NCBI GenBank assembly: GCA_963674945.2
Contig: CAXXWQ010000004.1
Location: forward strand, 2,240,001 to 2,304,000
Length of the DNA: 64,000 bases
From: an uncultured Desulfosarcina sp.
Lineage (GTDB): Bacteria > Desulfobacterota > Desulfobacteria > Desulfobacterales > Desulfosarcinaceae
Reading direction: 5' to 3'
Under the pieces are notes generated by a model. It was given only the letters and a program-made list of their open reading frames with translations, made no database searches and was not told where the DNA came from. Made by a program: the position numbers and the translations under genes. Below are positions 62,937 to 64,000 of the stretch, piece after piece; position 1 is the stretch's first letter, and every line of letters begins with the position of its first letter.

Positions 62937-63056
62937 GTTGGGGTTTTCCGGGTCGATTCAATGATGATGAACGTCTTATTCGAATATCATTTTTACGCCA
63001 ATCGGCAAACCCATTTATACAGAATTGCCGTGAAACGGTACATTCACACCGATACG

Positions 63057-64000
63057 TCAACGGTGTACACACTGCGGTGTGGTGAGAACATTTCTTAATC
63101 CTGCCTCCTTAATCAGTACCAGGGATAAAGCATCCGACAGTTCGTCGATTGGGGCGATGGTCAGTCCATCCTGGATCTCTTCGGGAACCCTGGCAAGGTC
63201 GACGATATTTTTCGATGGGAGAACGACGGTATCGACGCCAGCCCTGAGGGCGGCCAGGAGTTTTTCCTTGAGGCCGCCTACGGGCAACACCCTTCCGGTC
63301 AGTGTCAATTCACCTGTCATTGCCGTTTTTCGATGGCATGGTATGTCGAGAATGACGGAAAGCAGGGCTATGGCAATGGGAAGTCCCGATGATGTTCCGT
63401 CTTTGGGAATGGCGCCTGCCGGAATGTGGATATGGATATCATGTTGCTGAAAAAAGTCTTCGTCGATTTCAAACGTCGCTGCGTTGCTTCGGATATAACT
63501 CATGGCCGCCCGTGCCGACTCTTTCATCACCGTTCCCAGAGAGCCGGTAAGAATGAGCTGGTTGCTTCCCCTCATCTTCGTGGCTTCGATAAAAACGATT
63601 TCTCCACCGGTTTGGGTCCACGCAAGACCCGTTGCGACACCGACACGATCTTTGGCCTGGGCCGCTTCAAAGGCAAATTTGCGAGGGCCCAGCATTTCTG
63701 TCACGGTTTCTTCCGTAACCCTTATTCCGTTTTGGTCGTTGGCGATATCGATCTGGTCTACGGCGATTTTTCTGCACACACTGGCGATTTGGCGCTGAAG
63801 GCCGCGCAAACCGGCTTCGCGTGTGTATTCACGGATAATTTTTGTCGTCGCCGACGGTGTGAAAGAAACGCACCTGCTTTTCAGGCCGTTTGCCTCGATC
63901 TCCCTGGGTATCAAATGGTTGACGGCAATCTGAATCTTTTCTTTCTCCGTATAGCCGGAGAGCCACAACACTTCCAGTCGGTCGAGCAGCGCTTCCGGAA
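63057..64000 (-). CDS. lon: Lon protease, C-terminal part (continues beyond window)
   Basis: LLDRLE, YTREAG-x-R, GLAWT, VMKESA, HIHIPAGAIPKDG-x-S, MTGE, GGLKEK. Confidence 0.93.
   Translation of the reverse strand, partial: PEALLDRLEVLWLSGYTEKEKIQIAVNHLIPREIEANGLKSRCVSFTPSATTKIIREYTREAGLRGLQRQIASVCRKIAVDQIDIANDQNGIRVTEETVTEMLGPRKFAFEAAQAKDRVGVATGLAWTQTGGEIVFIEATKMRGSNQLILTGSLGTVMKESARAAMSYIRSNAATFEIDEDFFQQHDIHIHIPAGAIPKDGTSSGLPIAIALLSVILDIPCHRKTAMTGELTLTGRVLPVGGLKEKLLAALRAGVDTVVLPSKNIVDLARVPEEIQDGLTIAPIDELSDALSLVLIKEAGLRNVLTTPQCVHR

Overview
A 64-kb chromosomal window from a sulfate-reducing Desulfobacterota bacterium. A Desulfobacterales/Desulfosarcinaceae-like host is inferred from dsrABDN, a tetraheme cytochrome c3 and the gene context. 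Most of the window is core genes: ftsEX-envC-ctpA, pyrE, queD, dnaJ, menG/ubiE, dapA, dsrABDN, tatBC, mltA, Mo-cofactor genes, a ychF-like gene, a kamA-like gene and lon. It also holds a glycerol locus (glpK, glpAB without glpC, glpR and a GlpSTPQUV-type ABC transporter) and two complete insertion sequences with visible target duplications (IS4 family and IS1380 family). Four signals are not explained by ordinary annotation. (1) An AT-rich, integrase-less integron-type array at about 8.7-12.5 kb has an attI-like site, one intact attC, one decayed attC and an IS-split HEPN-motif cassette. (2) A superfamily of 125-150 bp intergenic palindromic elements has three different termini around one shared internal fold and shows compensatory base changes. 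(3) A FecR-TPR-beta-barrel outer-membrane protein is paired with a small protein ending in a Cys-x11-Cys motif, placed between dsrN and cytochrome c3. (4) A 70-bp motif is shared by the leaders of glpV and cytochrome c3. All calls come from reading the sequence; no database searches were run.
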